A DNA stretch of 64,000 bases from an uncultured Methylomirabilota bacterium (GCA_963705305.1 OY970067.1:1920001-1984000), one strand, 5' to 3'; shown: positions 10,250 to 20,829, numbered from the stretch's first letter. Program-made: numbers and translations. The notes: a model not told the origin generated them from the sequence alone.

Positions 10250-11329
10250 ATGAGTGAAGGGGTCCCGAAGACCATGCGCGCCGCCGTGCTGCATGGGAAG
10301 AACGATTTGCGGGTACAGGACTGTCCCGTGCCGATCCCCGGCCCCCTGGAGGTGCTGATGCGGGTCCACGCGTGTGCCATCTGCGGCACCGATCCGCGCG
10401 TCATCAGAGAGGGGTGGCCCGGCATGCCGCCCTTTGGGGTTTTCATCCCCGGCCATGAATACAGCGGACAGATCGTCGCGGTCGGCCCCGGGGTCACCGG
10501 GTTCGCCGTAGGAGACCGGGTGGCGATCGAGTCCCACAAGGGGTGCGGTCACTGCATCAACTGCAAGCGGGGGCGGTACACGATCTGCCTGAACTACGGC
10601 AAGCCGGAGACAGGGCACCGGCATTACGGATTCACCTTCAACGGGGGGTACGCCCAATATGCGGTGAACCATATCAGCACGCTGTACCGCATTGGCGATA
10701 ATGTCGCCTATGAAGAGGCCGCCCTGGTGACGACGGCCGCCTGCGTCCATTTCGCGCTGGACAACGTGGGCGGGCTTCTGGGCGGCGAGACGGTCGCGGT
10801 GCTGGGGCCCGGCCCCATCGGGTTGATGGGTGTGCAGCTGGTCAAGGCGCTGGGCGCCACCAAGGTCATCCTGACGGGGACTCGCCCCGAGCGGCTCGCG
10901 GCAGGCAAGGCGCTGGGCGCCAACGTCGTCGTGAACGTCCACGAGCAGGATCCGGTCGCGGTGGTGAAGGCTGAAACCGGGGGGCTCGGCGCCGAGCTCA
11001 TTCTGGAGTGCTCGGGAAGCTCTGAGGCGGCCGCGCAGGCGGTCGAGATGGGGCGGCGCGGCGCGCGGATCTCCTTCATCGGCGACCCGCACACCCCGGC
11101 CACCATCAACCTCCGGCGCTTCGTCCTGGAAGACATGCGGGCGGCCGGGGTGCGGGGCGAGGGCATGGCCGATTGCCAGCGCAGCCTGGCGCTGCTGGCG
11201 GCCGGCCGGATCGCCGCCAAGCCGATGATCACGCACCACTTCCCGCTGGAGCAGATCAACGAGGCCCTGCAAACCTTCATCCAGCGGAAAGGCGGGGCGC
11301 TCAAGGTGATCCTCCTGCCCAACGGATAG
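10250..11329 (+). CDS. Zn-dependent alcohol/polyol dehydrogenase (MDR family)
   Basis: CGTD, GHEYSG, CGHCINC..G...IC structural Zn site, GPGPIG. Confidence 0.9.
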   Translation: MSEGVPKTMRAAVLHGKNDLRVQDCPVPIPGPLEVLMRVHACAICGTDPRVIREGWPGMPPFGVFIPGHEYSGQIVAVGPGVTGFAVGDRVAIESHKGCGHCINCKRGRYTICLNYGKPETGHRHYGFTFNGGYAQYAVNHISTLYRIGDNVAYEEAALVTTAACVHFALDNVGGLLGGETVAVLGPGPIGLMGVQLVKALGATKVILTGTRPERLAAGKALGANVVVNVHEQDPVAVVKAETGGLGAELILECSGSSEAAAQAVEMGRRGARISFIGDPHTPATINLRRFVLEDMRAAGVRGEGMADCQRSLALLAAGRIAAKPMITHHFPLEQINEALQTFIQRKGGALKVILLPNG

Positions 11330-11373
11330 CCGCTCACCTCTCCGGGCCGCCGCATGACCGAACGGGACCAGTG

Positions 11374-12870
11374 ATGCCAGAGCAGCCCCTTCTTCGATCG
11401 CGACAGATCACGAAGACGTTCCCAGGCGTGCTGGCCCTGGACCGCATCGATTTTGACCTGTACCCGGGAGAGGTGCATGTGCTTCTGGGCGAGAACGGGG
11501 CGGGCAAGTCCACGCTCATGAAGGTCCTGGCCGGCGCCTACCAGCCCGATGCGGGGACGATCGAACTGTGCGAACGACCGGTGCGCCTCGCCAACCCGCG
11601 CCAGGCCCAGCGGCTCGGCGTGGGGATCATCTATCAGGAATTCAACTTGGCCCCCTACCTGAGCGTGGCTCAGAACATCTTCCTGGGCCGCTTTCCCCAC
11701 CGGTGGGGACTCCTGGACCAGGCCAGGATCCATGCCGAGAGCCGGCGTCTCCTGGACAGCCTGAACATGGCCATCGACACCCGGGCCAAGGTGGTGAGCC
11801 TCGGTGTGGCGCAGCAGCAGATGGTGGAGGTAGCCAAAGCCCTCTCCATGCAATCCAAGATCCTGATCATGGACGAGCCGACGGCGGCTCTGACCGAGCG
11901 CGAGATCGAGCAGCTCTTTGCCACGATTCGCCGCCTCAAGCAGCAGGGCATCGGGATCATCTATATCTCCCACCGCCTCCAGGAGGTGCACCAGATCGGC
12001 GATCGGGTGACGGTTCTGCGTGACGGCAAGCTGATCGGCACGCGCCCGGTGCAACAGGCGACGGTAGGCGAGCTCATCGCCATGATGGTGGGACGGACCA
12101 TCACCCAGATGTTCCCGCGCGACTACCAGCCCCGGGGGCAGGAGGCGCTGCGGGCGGAGGGGCTGGTGAGCGGGACCCGGCTGCGCGGGGCCTCCCTGAC
12201 CGTCCACGGGGGGGAGATCGTGGGGCTGGCCGGTTTGGTGGGGGCGGGGCGCACCGAGCTCGCTCGCGCGGTCTTCGGCGCGGACCCGGTCGAGCAGGGC
12301 CAGGTCTCCGTCTTCGGGCAGCCGGTGCGGGCCGCCAGTCCGGACAAGATGGTGAGCCTGGGGATGGGGCTGCTGCCCGAGGATCGAAAGCTCCAGGGGT
12401 TGGCCATGATCCTCTCCCTGAGCGAGAACGTGGTCCTGGCCAGCTTGCGGCGCCTGTTCCCGCGCCGCGTTGTGGACAAGAGCGCGGAGCGCGAGGTGGT
12501 GGCCCGGTATATCCGAGATCTCCGGATCGCCACACCCTCCCCCAACCGACTGGTGCAATATCTCTCCGGTGGGACGCAGCAGAAGGTCGTGCTGGCCAAG
12601 TGGCTCTGCACCCACTCCAAGATCTTCATCTTCGACGAGCCCACCCGGGGCATCGACGTCGGGGCCAAGGCGGAAATTCACGGCTTCATGAACGAGCTGG
12701 TCAAACAGGGTGCCGCGGTGCTGATGATCTCTTCCGACCTGCCGGAGATCCTGGGCATGAGTGATCGCATCTATGTGATGCGGCAGGGACGAGTTGTGGC
12801 CGAGGTTCCCCGCGAGCAGGCGACCCAGGAGCGGATCGTGGCATATGCCATGGGGCACCAGGTCGCGTGA
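11374..12870 (+). CDS. Sugar ABC transporter ATP-binding protein (RbsA/MglA type)
   Basis: GENGAGKST, two ABC domains, MDEPT, LSGGTQQKV, DEPTRGIDVGAK. Confidence 0.95.
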   Translation: MPEQPLLRSRQITKTFPGVLALDRIDFDLYPGEVHVLLGENGAGKSTLMKVLAGAYQPDAGTIELCERPVRLANPRQAQRLGVGIIYQEFNLAPYLSVAQNIFLGRFPHRWGLLDQARIHAESRRLLDSLNMAIDTRAKVVSLGVAQQQMVEVAKALSMQSKILIMDEPTAALTEREIEQLFATIRRLKQQGIGIIYISHRLQEVHQIGDRVTVLRDGKLIGTRPVQQATVGELIAMMVGRTITQMFPRDYQPRGQEALRAEGLVSGTRLRGASLTVHGGEIVGLAGLVGAGRTELARAVFGADPVEQGQVSVFGQPVRAASPDKMVSLGMGLLPEDRKLQGLAMILSLSENVVLASLRRLFPRRVVDKSAEREVVARYIRDLRIATPSPNRLVQYLSGGTQQKVVLAKWLCTHSKIFIFDEPTRGIDVGAKAEIHGFMNELVKQGAAVLMISSDLPEILGMSDRIYVMRQGRVVAEVPREQATQERIVAYAMGHQVA

Positions 12871-13854
12871 TGAGCGCCATGGACGACCCGGAGAGAGCGG
12901 GGGAGAACGTGACCACGCCGGCCCCGTGGAAGAGGGTCCCGCCGGTGGCGTGGGTGCTGCTGCTGCTGATCGCCTTCTTCGGCCTGGCCGCCCCGGGGTT
13001 CTTCACCGCCGGGAATTTCTTGAACATCACGCTCCAGGGGTCCGTCCTGCTGATCTTGGCGGTGGCGGCTACGCTGGTGATCCTGACGGAAGGCATCGAC
13101 CTCTCCCCGGGAAGCGTCCTCACCCTGGCCGGCGTCACCAGCGTCCTGGCGCTGCAGCAGGGGCTGCCCTTGCCGGCGGCGATTCTCACGGGGGTGCTGA
13201 CGGGGGTGGCCTGCGGGGCGGTGACCGGGCTCCTCATCACGCTGGGCAAGCTCCCTCCCTTCATCGCCACCCTGGGCATGATGGGGATGGCCGCAGGGAT
13301 GGCTCTGGTTTTTACCCGGCAGGGGGCCATCTATACCGATCGGCCCGGGTTCATCTTTCTGGGGAGCGGGTCCGTCGGACCGCTGCCCATGCCGACGGTC
13401 GTCTCCGGGCTCGTGTTCCTCCTGGCCTGGATCGTGCTGTACCAGACAGACTTCGGCCGATACATCATCTCCATCGGGGGCAACGAGGCGGGGACGCGCC
13501 TCTCCGGCGTCAACACCCGCTGGTGGGAGTTCCTGACCTACGTCGTGGCCGGTGCCCTGGCCGGGCTGGGGGGCGTGATCATGGCCGCCCGTCTGCATGC
13601 CGCCGATCCCATCGTGGGGAACGGGTGGGAGTTTGACGCCATCGCGGCCACGATCCTGGGCGGCACCAGCTTCGAGAAGGGCAATGGGGGCCTCGCGGGG
13701 ACGGTATTGGGCGTGCTGCTCATCGCGGTTCTGCGAAACGGGCTCGAACGTCGTCGGGGTGGAGGGGATGTGGCAGCCGGCGCTGATCGGCCTGGTCATC
13801 ATTGCCGCCATCGTGTTCAACGTCCTGCTCAAGCAGCGGGGGGTGATCCCGTGA
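12870..13854 (+). CDS. Sugar ABC permease 1 (RbsC type) with an apparent +1 frameshift at about 13746
   Basis: GIDLSPG, KLPPFIATLG, IGGNE; ...LRNGL continues as NVVGVEGMWQPALIG...VIP* only if one base is removed from ctcgaac. Confidence 0.8.
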
Positions 13855-14834
13855 GCCCCGCCGCCGAGGTCCGGGTCCGGGGGCGGCACCTGGATCGCCG
13901 CCTGCTCTCCACCGGCTCCCGGCTGTTCGCGCTGGTGTTGTTGTGCCTGGTCATGACGGCCGCCTCGCCGGTGTTCCTCACCGGCACGAACGCCCTGAAC
14001 GTGCTCCGCGTGGCCAGCCTTCTGGTCATCCTGGGCATCGGCCAGACCATCGTCATCCTCACGGCGGGCATCGATCTGTCCATCGGCGCGGTGCTGACCA
14101 TGTCCAGCGTCATCGCCGCGCTGGGGCTCAAGGCCGGCATCCCGTTGCTGCTGGCCCTGGCTGCAGGCCTGGCGGTGGGGGCGGTGCTGGGGTTTCTCAA
14201 CGGAGTGATGGTGGCGGTGGTCAAGCTGCCTCCTTTCATCGCCACCTACGGCATGATGTGGGTGGCCTCCGGCTTTGCGGTGGTGCTGCTCAAGGGGCAG
14301 GTCATCTACGGGTTTAAGGAGAACTTCCGATTCTTGGGGGTGGGGAATCTGATGGGAATCCCCATGCCGATCGTCGCCATGGCGGTCCTCTGGGCCCCGA
14401 CCTACTTTCTCCTGCGGCACACCACCTTCGGTCGGGCCCTCTATGCGGTCGGCGCCAATCCGGAGGCGGCCCGCCTCTCCGGTGTGAAGAAGGACCGGAC
14501 GCTCACCCTGGCGTACACCCTGAGCGGGTCGCTGGCGGCCGCCGCGGGGTTGGTCTACGTCGCGCGCCTGAATGCGGCCGAGGCGGGGATCGGGGCCAAC
14601 ATGCTCCTGCCGCCGATCGCGGCCGTCGTGATCGGCGGCACCAGCCTCTTCGGCGGCGAAGGAGGCATCGTGGGCACCGTGATCGGCGCCCTGATCATGA
14701 CCATCGTGCAGAATGGCATGAACCTGCTGGGCGTGGAATCCGTCTGGCAGGGAGTCGTGCTGGGAGCCCTGATCGTGATCGCCGTGCTCCTGGATCAATG
14801 GGCGCGGTGGGCCGTGGCCGGGGGGAACACCTGA
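13851..14834 (+). CDS. Sugar ABC permease 2 (RbsC type)
   Basis: GTG start overlapping the TGA of permease 1 (GTGA); GIDLSIG, KLPPFIATYG, GANPEAARLSG, IAAVVIGGTSLFGGEG. Confidence 0.88.
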   Translation: MSPAAEVRVRGRHLDRRLLSTGSRLFALVLLCLVMTAASPVFLTGTNALNVLRVASLLVILGIGQTIVILTAGIDLSIGAVLTMSSVIAALGLKAGIPLLLALAAGLAVGAVLGFLNGVMVAVVKLPPFIATYGMMWVASGFAVVLLKGQVIYGFKENFRFLGVGNLMGIPMPIVAMAVLWAPTYFLLRHTTFGRALYAVGANPEAARLSGVKKDRTLTLAYTLSGSLAAAAGLVYVARLNAAEAGIGANMLLPPIAAVVIGGTSLFGGEGGIVGTVIGALIMTIVQNGMNLLGVESVWQGVVLGALIVIAVLLDQWARWAVAGGNT

Positions 14835-14961
14835 GGTCGGCGAGGGGTCTCTCTGGACGGCCGGGAAGAGAGGACCCGCCGGATCGGCTGCTTGCCCGGG
14901 GGATGGCCGCAGCCATGCGTGCAACTCACTCGATCCGAAGCGCGCTTCGGAGGAGGACGCC

Positions 14962-15933
14962 ATGAACAGATTGGTTCCGCTGATCCTCGCAGCCTTCGTG
15001 CTCGCCTTCACCGTGGTGACGCCCGCCTCATCGCAGAGTCTCGAGCCGGTGTACAAGTTCGACACCAAAGTGAAGCCGGCCAGGCCCTATCGGATCGCCG
15101 TGGTTCTGAAGAACCTCACCGACCCCTTCTGGCTCACGCACCAGAGAGCTGCCGAGCAGGCCGGCAAGGATCTGGGCGTGGAGGTCACCGTCTTCGCCCC
15201 CACCAAGCCGGACAACGTGGAGGAGCAGATTCGCATCCTGGAGGATCTGATCTCGAAGAAGGTGGATGCGGTTGTGGTGGCGCCGACCAACACGCAGGCC
15301 ATCGCGGCGGGGGTGCAGAAGCTCAACGCGGCCAAGATTCCGGTGGTGTACGGCAACACCCGCGGCTCGGGGGGCAGCTTTGTTGCCTACATCGGTGCGG
15401 ATAATATCCTGGTGGGGCGGACCATGGCCGAGGAGATGGTCCGGCGCATGGGTGGGAAAGGGAAGCTCTTGATCCTGGAGGGCCTGCCCGGGCAGCAGAC
15501 CGCCGACGATCGCCTCAAAGGCGTGAAAGAGGTGCTGGCCAAGTACCCGGGGATCCAGGTCGCCTCCCAGACCGGCAAATGGACCCTGGACGAAAGCCGG
15601 AACGTCGCCGAGAACACGCTGGAGCGCTGGCCCGACCTCACCGCCATCCTGTGCATCGGCGGACAGATGGGCCTGGGGGCGGTGGAGGCCGTGAAGGCCG
15701 CCGACAAGGAAGGGAAGGTCATCATCTCCAGCATGGATGTCTATCCGGCACAGGTCGCCGCGGTGAAGGCCGGCAAGATCCAGTTCACCATCTCCCAGGC
15801 CCCGCAGGAGCAGGCCTACTGGAGCATCGTGGCCGCCGTCCGGGCGCTGAACGGCGAGAAGGTGCCGCAGGAGATTCGCACGCCCGTCGTGGTCGTCACC
15901 AAGGAGAATGTGGACAAATACGCAGAGCGGTGA
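14962..15933 (+). CDS. Sugar ABC substrate-binding protein (RbsB type)
   Basis: Signal peptide; DPFW, EEQIRILEDLISKKVDAVVVAP, YIGADN; GGAGGA RBS. Confidence 0.92.
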   Translation: MNRLVPLILAAFVLAFTVVTPASSQSLEPVYKFDTKVKPARPYRIAVVLKNLTDPFWLTHQRAAEQAGKDLGVEVTVFAPTKPDNVEEQIRILEDLISKKVDAVVVAPTNTQAIAAGVQKLNAAKIPVVYGNTRGSGGSFVAYIGADNILVGRTMAEEMVRRMGGKGKLLILEGLPGQQTADDRLKGVKEVLAKYPGIQVASQTGKWTLDESRNVAENTLERWPDLTAILCIGGQMGLGAVEAVKAADKEGKVIISSMDVYPAQVAAVKAGKIQFTISQAPQEQAYWSIVAAVRALNGEKVPQEIRTPVVVVTKENVDKYAER

Positions 15934-16129
15934 GCGCTCCACGCCAATATCCCTTAGCCCAGTGGGGGGGCGGGTCACACACTCTCGCCTCTTGCACCTC
16001 CCCCCTCGACTTGAAACACGGGAACAGCCGTGCGAGTATAATATAAATAGATATAGGAGAGCCGCGCCGAAGCCATCGACCGGCTTCCTGGGGCCAGCGG
16101 GCCGCGGAAGCCTCACGACAGGAGACACA

Positions 16130-16573
16130 ATGGGCAGAAACTGCAGATCATGGCTTGTTCGGGCCGCCGGCATCGTTCTGGCGTCCGCCCTCGGGTTTGC
16201 CATGGCGCCGAACGTGATGGCGCAGGATTGGCACGACCGGGGGCCGGGTTGGGACCGGCACCACGACATCCGGCATTTCGAGGAGCGGGACCTCCATATA
16301 TGGCGGAGCGGACACTGGGCGCACACCCGGCATCACGGGCGCCTGGGCTGGTGGTGGGTGGTCGGCGGAGTGTGGTACTTCTACGAAGCCCCGGTGTACC
16401 CGTATCCCAACCCGTACGTGCCGCCCGTGGTCGTGACGACGCCCCCGCCGGCCCAGGCCACGCCGCAGTACTGGTACTACTGCGGGAGCTCGCGGGCGTA
16501 CTATCCCTACGTCACGGCCTGTCCGGAGGGCTGGATGCAGGTGGTTCCGCAGACGGTGCCGCCTCGACAGTAG
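16130..16573 (+). CDS. Small secreted Trp/Pro/Tyr-rich hypothetical protein
   Basis: Signal peptide, GWWWVVGGVWYFY, C-terminal YWYYC....YYPYV..CP.GW..V.P motif; AGGAG RBS; TATAAT at 16037. Confidence 0.75.
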   Translation: MGRNCRSWLVRAAGIVLASALGFAMAPNVMAQDWHDRGPGWDRHHDIRHFEERDLHIWRSGHWAHTRHHGRLGWWWVVGGVWYFYEAPVYPYPNPYVPPVVVTTPPPAQATPQYWYYCGSSRAYYPYVTACPEGWMQVVPQTVPPRQ

Positions 16574-16576
16574 AAT

Positions 16577-16702
16577 CCATTCCGAATGGTATCTCACCGC
16601 CAAGGCGCCAAGGGAAAAATTCGAATTTCAAAGTTCGAACTTCGAAATTGAAAGGGGCGATCTTGGCGTCATGGCGGTTGAAGAGCTCTTTCGGTTCAAG
16701 GT
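16577..16702. repeat. Intergenic palindromic (REP-like) element, copy 2
   Basis: Same arms as copy 1; core is 14 nt (two heptamers) longer; lies between convergent genes. Confidence 0.85.
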
Positions 16703-16766
16703 GGGCTTGCACCGTGGGTGGCCAGCCGTGGTCTCCCGTCCGGGTCCGCTCCCCGCGTCGTGAGGC

Positions 16767-17880
16767 TCACAGCGTCCGGCGGAAGAGGGCCGTCGCCAGG
16801 ACGAACATCAGGGCGGTGAACCCGACCAAGAAGACGAGATCCCCGGCGATCGCCGTGAGCGAGGTGTTCTTCAGCAGGAGGCTCTTGAAGGCGTCCACGG
16901 CGTACGTGAAGGGGTCGAAGGCGGAGAACGTCCGCATCCACTGGGGAAAGCCGTAGACGGGATAGACGGCCCCGCTGGGGAAGAAGAGCAGCGTGTTCAG
17001 CACGCCGAAGGTGGCGCGCGGCACCAGCGGGTCGTTCACGCGGACCATCATGAGGAACATCATGCTGATGAGCGCGAGGGCCGTGGCCGCGATCACCAGC
17101 ACGAGCTTGCACAATCGGAGAGGATCCAGGGCGTTGGGGATGCCCGCGATGAGCGAGCCCAGAGTGGTCAGCACGAGCCCCGCCAGGAAGGCCTTCAGCG
17201 CTCCGGACAGGGTGAAGCCGAGAATCAGCTCGAACTTCTTGATGGGGGTCACCAGGTAGCCCTCGTGGAGGCCGCGGGCCTTGTCGTCGATGTAGATGAT
17301 GCCTCCCCCGATCATGGCCGAGACGAAGATGGCCAGCACGATCGAGCCGGACAGCAGGTACTGGATGTACGGGACGTAGGGATAGATCTCCACCACGGAG
17401 AGGGTGGCGCCCGGGTTGACCCGCGGCTGGATGCCGCCGTGATTGAATGCATCCAGCAGATCGGTCAAGGCCGCCTGGAGCGCACTCACCGAGAAATTAT
17501 CCGTGTTGTCCTCGATCAGGGCGACCTGCGGCTCGTTCTGGCTGAGCACCCGCCGGGAGAACCGCGGGGGAATGTTCAGCACCGCATTGATCTTGCCATT
17601 CCGAAGATCCGTCATGGCCTGCCGCAGATCCGTGTAATCCACGGTCGTGAAGGTGCGGGCATTGGCGGCGATGGCCCCGAACATCTCGCGGAGCTTCACC
17701 GTCTGCAGCGCCCGGTCCTGGTCCACCAGACCGACCTCCAGATTCTGGATCTTCCCGCCGAAGGCGTAGCCCAGGATCACCAGCTGCACCAGCGGAAAGA
17801 ACATGGAGACCAGGATCAGGGTCGGGCTGCGCAGGAACTTGCGGAACGTCCCGCTCAATCAGGGCGAGCACTCGGTGCAT
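16767..17880 (-). CDS. ABC-2 exporter permease (YbhS/YbhR-like) with an apparent +1 frameshift near codon 12
   Basis: MHRVLALIERD (from 17880) joins FRKFLRSPTLIL...QLVILGYAFGG only if one base is removed at about 17846; FPSGAVYP and PFTYAVD motifs. Confidence 0.8.
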
Positions 17881-17892
17881 GGAACGGCTTCC

Positions 17893-18882
17893 TCATTGCG
17901 ATCGGTACATGAAGCTGGGATCGTAACTCAGGGCATCCTGCAGCGCGTCCCGCAGCTGGCGGCCCGTGAAGTGCACGAACACGTCGTCCAGGGTGGTGCT
18001 CTGGACGGAGAGCGAGGTGATCGACAGCCCAGCCTGGCGGGCGGCCGCCAGCAGCTCCAGGGTGGTGCGGGGTCCGTTGTCGGAGCTGATGCGGAAGACG
18101 TGCCCGTCCGCCTTCACGTCCTGGGTGTCCGCCAGCCCCCGCAGAACATCTCCCCACCCGTCCGGGACCTGCGAGAAGCTCACCTCCAGGATGGTGCTGC
18201 CGGGAATGGAGGCCTTCAGCCGCAGGGGCGAATCCAGCGCCACCAGCTTTCCGTGGTCGACGATGGCGATGCGGTCGCAGAGCTTGTCGGCCTCGTCCAT
18301 GTAGTGGGTGGTCAGAAGAATGGTGAGGTCGCGCTCCTTCTTCAGGGAGGTGATCATCTCCCACACCGCCACGCGCGAGGCGGGATCCAGGCCGGTGCTG
18401 GGCTCATCCAGAAAGAAGGTCTTCGGCTCGTGGACCAGGCCGCGGGCGATCTCCAGCCGCCGGCGCATCCCCCCGGACAGGTTCTTCACCGGCTTGTCCT
18501 TCCAGGGCAGCAGGTCGACGACCCCCAGCAGGTGATCGATCACCCGGCTGCGCCTCTCCCGCGGCACGCCGTACAGCTTGGCAAAGATGAGCATGTTCTC
18601 CGCGGCGGTCAAATCCAGATCCGAGGTCATGGCCTGGGGGATCACGCCGATGGAGGTGCGCACCTGATCCGCCTCCGCCACCACGTCGAACCCGTTGACG
18701 CGCGCCGTGCCGGCCGTGGGGGGGAGGAGCGTGGTCAGCATGCGGATGAGCGTGGACTTCCCCGCGCCGTTGGGGCCCAGCAGGCCGAAGATCTCTCCCT
18801 CCTCGACCGCGAAACTCAGGTCGTCGACGGCGCAGAAAGAATTAAAGCTCTTTCGGATTCGGTTGACTTCGATGGCCGGCAT
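17893..18882 (-). CDS. ABC exporter ATP-binding protein
   Basis: GPNGAGKST, LSGGMRRRLEIARGL, LDEPSTGLDP, TTHYMDEA. Confidence 0.95.
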   Translation of the reverse strand: MPAIEVNRIRKSFNSFCAVDDLSFAVEEGEIFGLLGPNGAGKSTLIRMLTTLLPPTAGTARVNGFDVVAEADQVRTSIGVIPQAMTSDLDLTAAENMLIFAKLYGVPRERRSRVIDHLLGVVDLLPWKDKPVKNLSGGMRRRLEIARGLVHEPKTFFLDEPSTGLDPASRVAVWEMITSLKKERDLTILLTTHYMDEADKLCDRIAIVDHGKLVALDSPLRLKASIPGSTILEVSFSQVPDGWGDVLRGLADTQDVKADGHVFRISSDNGPRTTLELLAAARQAGLSITSLSVQSTTLDDVFVHFTGRQLRDALQDALSYDPSFMYRSQ

Positions 18883-18935
18883 ATGGGGTCGCCTTGCGCC
18901 TCCCGCCGCAGACAGCGGTCCGGGCACGGCGGTGA

Positions 18936-19991
18936 TCAGCGCACGTCCTGCGGGGGGAGCAGTACATACGCGGTCAGGCCGGGCCAGATCCGGCGATCGC
19001 TGTTGTCCACCCGGAGGCGGATTTCGAAGGTCTTGATGTCCCGCTTGGTCTGGCTGACGTCGCGCTGGGTAGCGTAGTCGGCATCCACGCCGCGGAAGTA
19101 GACGGCCCCCTCCTTCTCCAGACCCGAGGGGAGCCGCACCCGGAAATGGTCGCCGAGCCGGATCCGGTCGATGTACGTCTCCTCCACGTCGGCGCGAATC
19201 CAGAGGTTGTCGGGATCGATCAGCGAGAGGATCGGCTGGCCCACATTGACCACCTCGCCCTGCCGCGCGGCGTCCAGCGCGACGACCGCCGGGATCGGCG
19301 CCCGGATCTCGGTGTAGTCCAGCCGGACATTCGCCTTCTGTCTCTGCGCTCCGGCGGCGGCCCGCTGGTGGCGCATGGCCTCCAGCTCGTCCCGCCGGAT
19401 CTGGATCTGCTCCTCCGTGGACTGGGCCAGGGCGAGGGCCGCGCGCTGGGCCTCTACCTGCTTCTGCAGCGACTCCACGCGGGCCTGCTGTCCCTGGAGG
19501 GTCGTGCGGGCCTGGTCCATCTGCTGCGCCGCGATGGCGCCCTCCCGGAAGAGCTCCTGCATGCGCCTGTGGTCGAGCCGGGCCTGCTCCAGATCCGCCG
19601 CGGCCTGGGTCACCTGGGCCTGGGCCGCGGCCAGGGCCGCCTCCGCCTGGCGAATCTGATCCCGCGTCTGCGCCTCCTGGTAGCGCAGGGTCGTCACGGC
19701 CTGGGTCACCTGCGCCGTGGCGCTCTGCTCGGTGTGGGCGTAGTAGGCCCGGTCGGCCGCCAGCTCCTGCGGCTGGATCACGGCGAGCAGCTGGCCGGCC
19801 CGCACCGTGTCTCCCTCCTTCACCAGCAGGCGGGCGAGCTGGCCCTGGATCTGGGAGCTCACCACCACATCATCCGTCGTAACGATCCCCGTGAGGACCA
19901 TCTCCCGCGGGCGCAGGAGGGCCTGGGAGTACATGAGGCCGCCGGCCACCGCGGCCAGGATCACCAGGGCCAGCAGGATCTTGCGTCGCAT
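18936..19991 (-). CDS. HlyD-family periplasmic adaptor (YbhG-like)
   Basis: N-terminal TM helix, VKEGDTVRAGQLLA lipoyl half, long Q/A-rich coiled coil, IRAPI..VV. Confidence 0.9.
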   Translation of the reverse strand: MRRKILLALVILAAVAGGLMYSQALLRPREMVLTGIVTTDDVVVSSQIQGQLARLLVKEGDTVRAGQLLAVIQPQELAADRAYYAHTEQSATAQVTQAVTTLRYQEAQTRDQIRQAEAALAAAQAQVTQAAADLEQARLDHRRMQELFREGAIAAQQMDQARTTLQGQQARVESLQKQVEAQRAALALAQSTEEQIQIRRDELEAMRHQRAAAGAQRQKANVRLDYTEIRAPIPAVVALDAARQGEVVNVGQPILSLIDPDNLWIRADVEETYIDRIRLGDHFRVRLPSGLEKEGAVYFRGVDADYATQRDVSQTKRDIKTFEIRLRVDNSDRRIWPGLTAYVLLPPQDVR

Positions 19992-20626
19992 CAGGCGGTT
20001 GTCTCCGGATCGGTCAAGAGGGCGTAGCGGACGAACTGCACCACCTCCGCTTTGCGCCGCCGCAGGTTGGTCCGGCTGAAGAGGTTCTGTCCGCTCACCA
20101 GGCGAATGACGGGTGCGGCATTGAAATAGAAGACCGTCAGGGCCACCAGGGAGATCGCCGTATGGTCCACCTGGAACGGCCGGAACTCACCGGCCTGGAT
20201 GCCCCGGCGTAGCAGCGCCCCGAGCGCGCGGGCCACGGGGAGCATCCGCTCCGTCACCAGCCGGTCGCCCCCTCGCCCGCCCGCCAGCATCAGGCGCTGG
20301 AACAGGCGCGGGTAATGGGGGTGCGCGCCGATGAAGTCGAAATGGGCGCGGACGTACTCGAGGAGGATGGGCGCGGCCGGGCCGTCCTGCGAAAGGATCT
20401 CGATGGCCTTGCGCTGGAAGCCCTGCATGTGCTCGTCCAGGACCGCGTGGTAGATGTCCTCCTTGCTCTTGAAGTAGTAGTAGAGCAGCGCCTTGTTGAC
20501 GCCGGCCTCGGCCGCGATGGCGTCCGTCCGCGCCCCCGACAGGCCCTGCTCGGCGAAGATCCGCCCCGCGGCCTCCAGGATCATGGCCCGCGAGTCCCCG
20601 CCGCCCCGCTGGATGTGATTGCCCAT
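19991..20626 (-). CDS. TetR-family transcriptional regulator
   Basis: ILEAAGRIFAEQGLSGARTDAIAAEAGVNKALLYYYFKSKEDIY HTH. Confidence 0.93.
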   Translation of the reverse strand: MGNHIQRGGGDSRAMILEAAGRIFAEQGLSGARTDAIAAEAGVNKALLYYYFKSKEDIYHAVLDEHMQGFQRKAIEILSQDGPAAPILLEYVRAHFDFIGAHPHYPRLFQRLMLAGGRGGDRLVTERMLPVARALGALLRRGIQAGEFRPFQVDHTAISLVALTVFYFNAAPVIRLVSGQNLFSRTNLRRRKAEVVQFVRYALLTDPETTA

Positions 20627-20654
20627 GCCGACCACCGCACCGGGATGAATTGAC

Positions 20655-20691
20655 TAACTAGATAGTTAAATGATTGGACGGGTTCTGTCAA
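20655..20691 (-). promoter_or_regulatory. Putative TetR operator overlapping the efflux-operon promoter
   Basis: Perfect inverted repeat TAACTA-GA-TAGTTA (20655-20668), 17 bp from a minus-strand TTGACA (20691-20686). Confidence 0.65.
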
Positions 20692-20829
20692 CGGAAAGTT
20701 GCGGGTGGGCCGGATCAACGGCCGGCGCGGGGTCCGCGCGGCTCCCGGGGACCCGGGGGGCTCCCCCCGATCGATCGGCCGGCGGGCGGGTGGACGGAGG
20801 AGGCGGCCGGCGGAGGGTTGGACCGCCGA

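Noticed and set aside
10708..15068. Very long minus-strand ORFs (716 aa and 765 aa)
   Set aside because: Antisense shadows of well-supported ADH/ABC genes in high-GC DNA, with no family motifs. The same applies to 1823-3379, 8355-9896, 29857-31794, 38298-39875 and 48904-50640.
16011..16042. TTGAAA...TATAAT as a canonical sigma70 promoter or a member of the phased TATA set
   Set aside because: The spacer is 20 bp and the TATA repeats are not in 11-bp phase; only the -10-like hexamer is credible.
3495..16702. CRISPR interpretation of the 35-bp identical repeat
   Set aside because: The copies are 13 kb apart, there are no regular spacers, and no cas genes are present.
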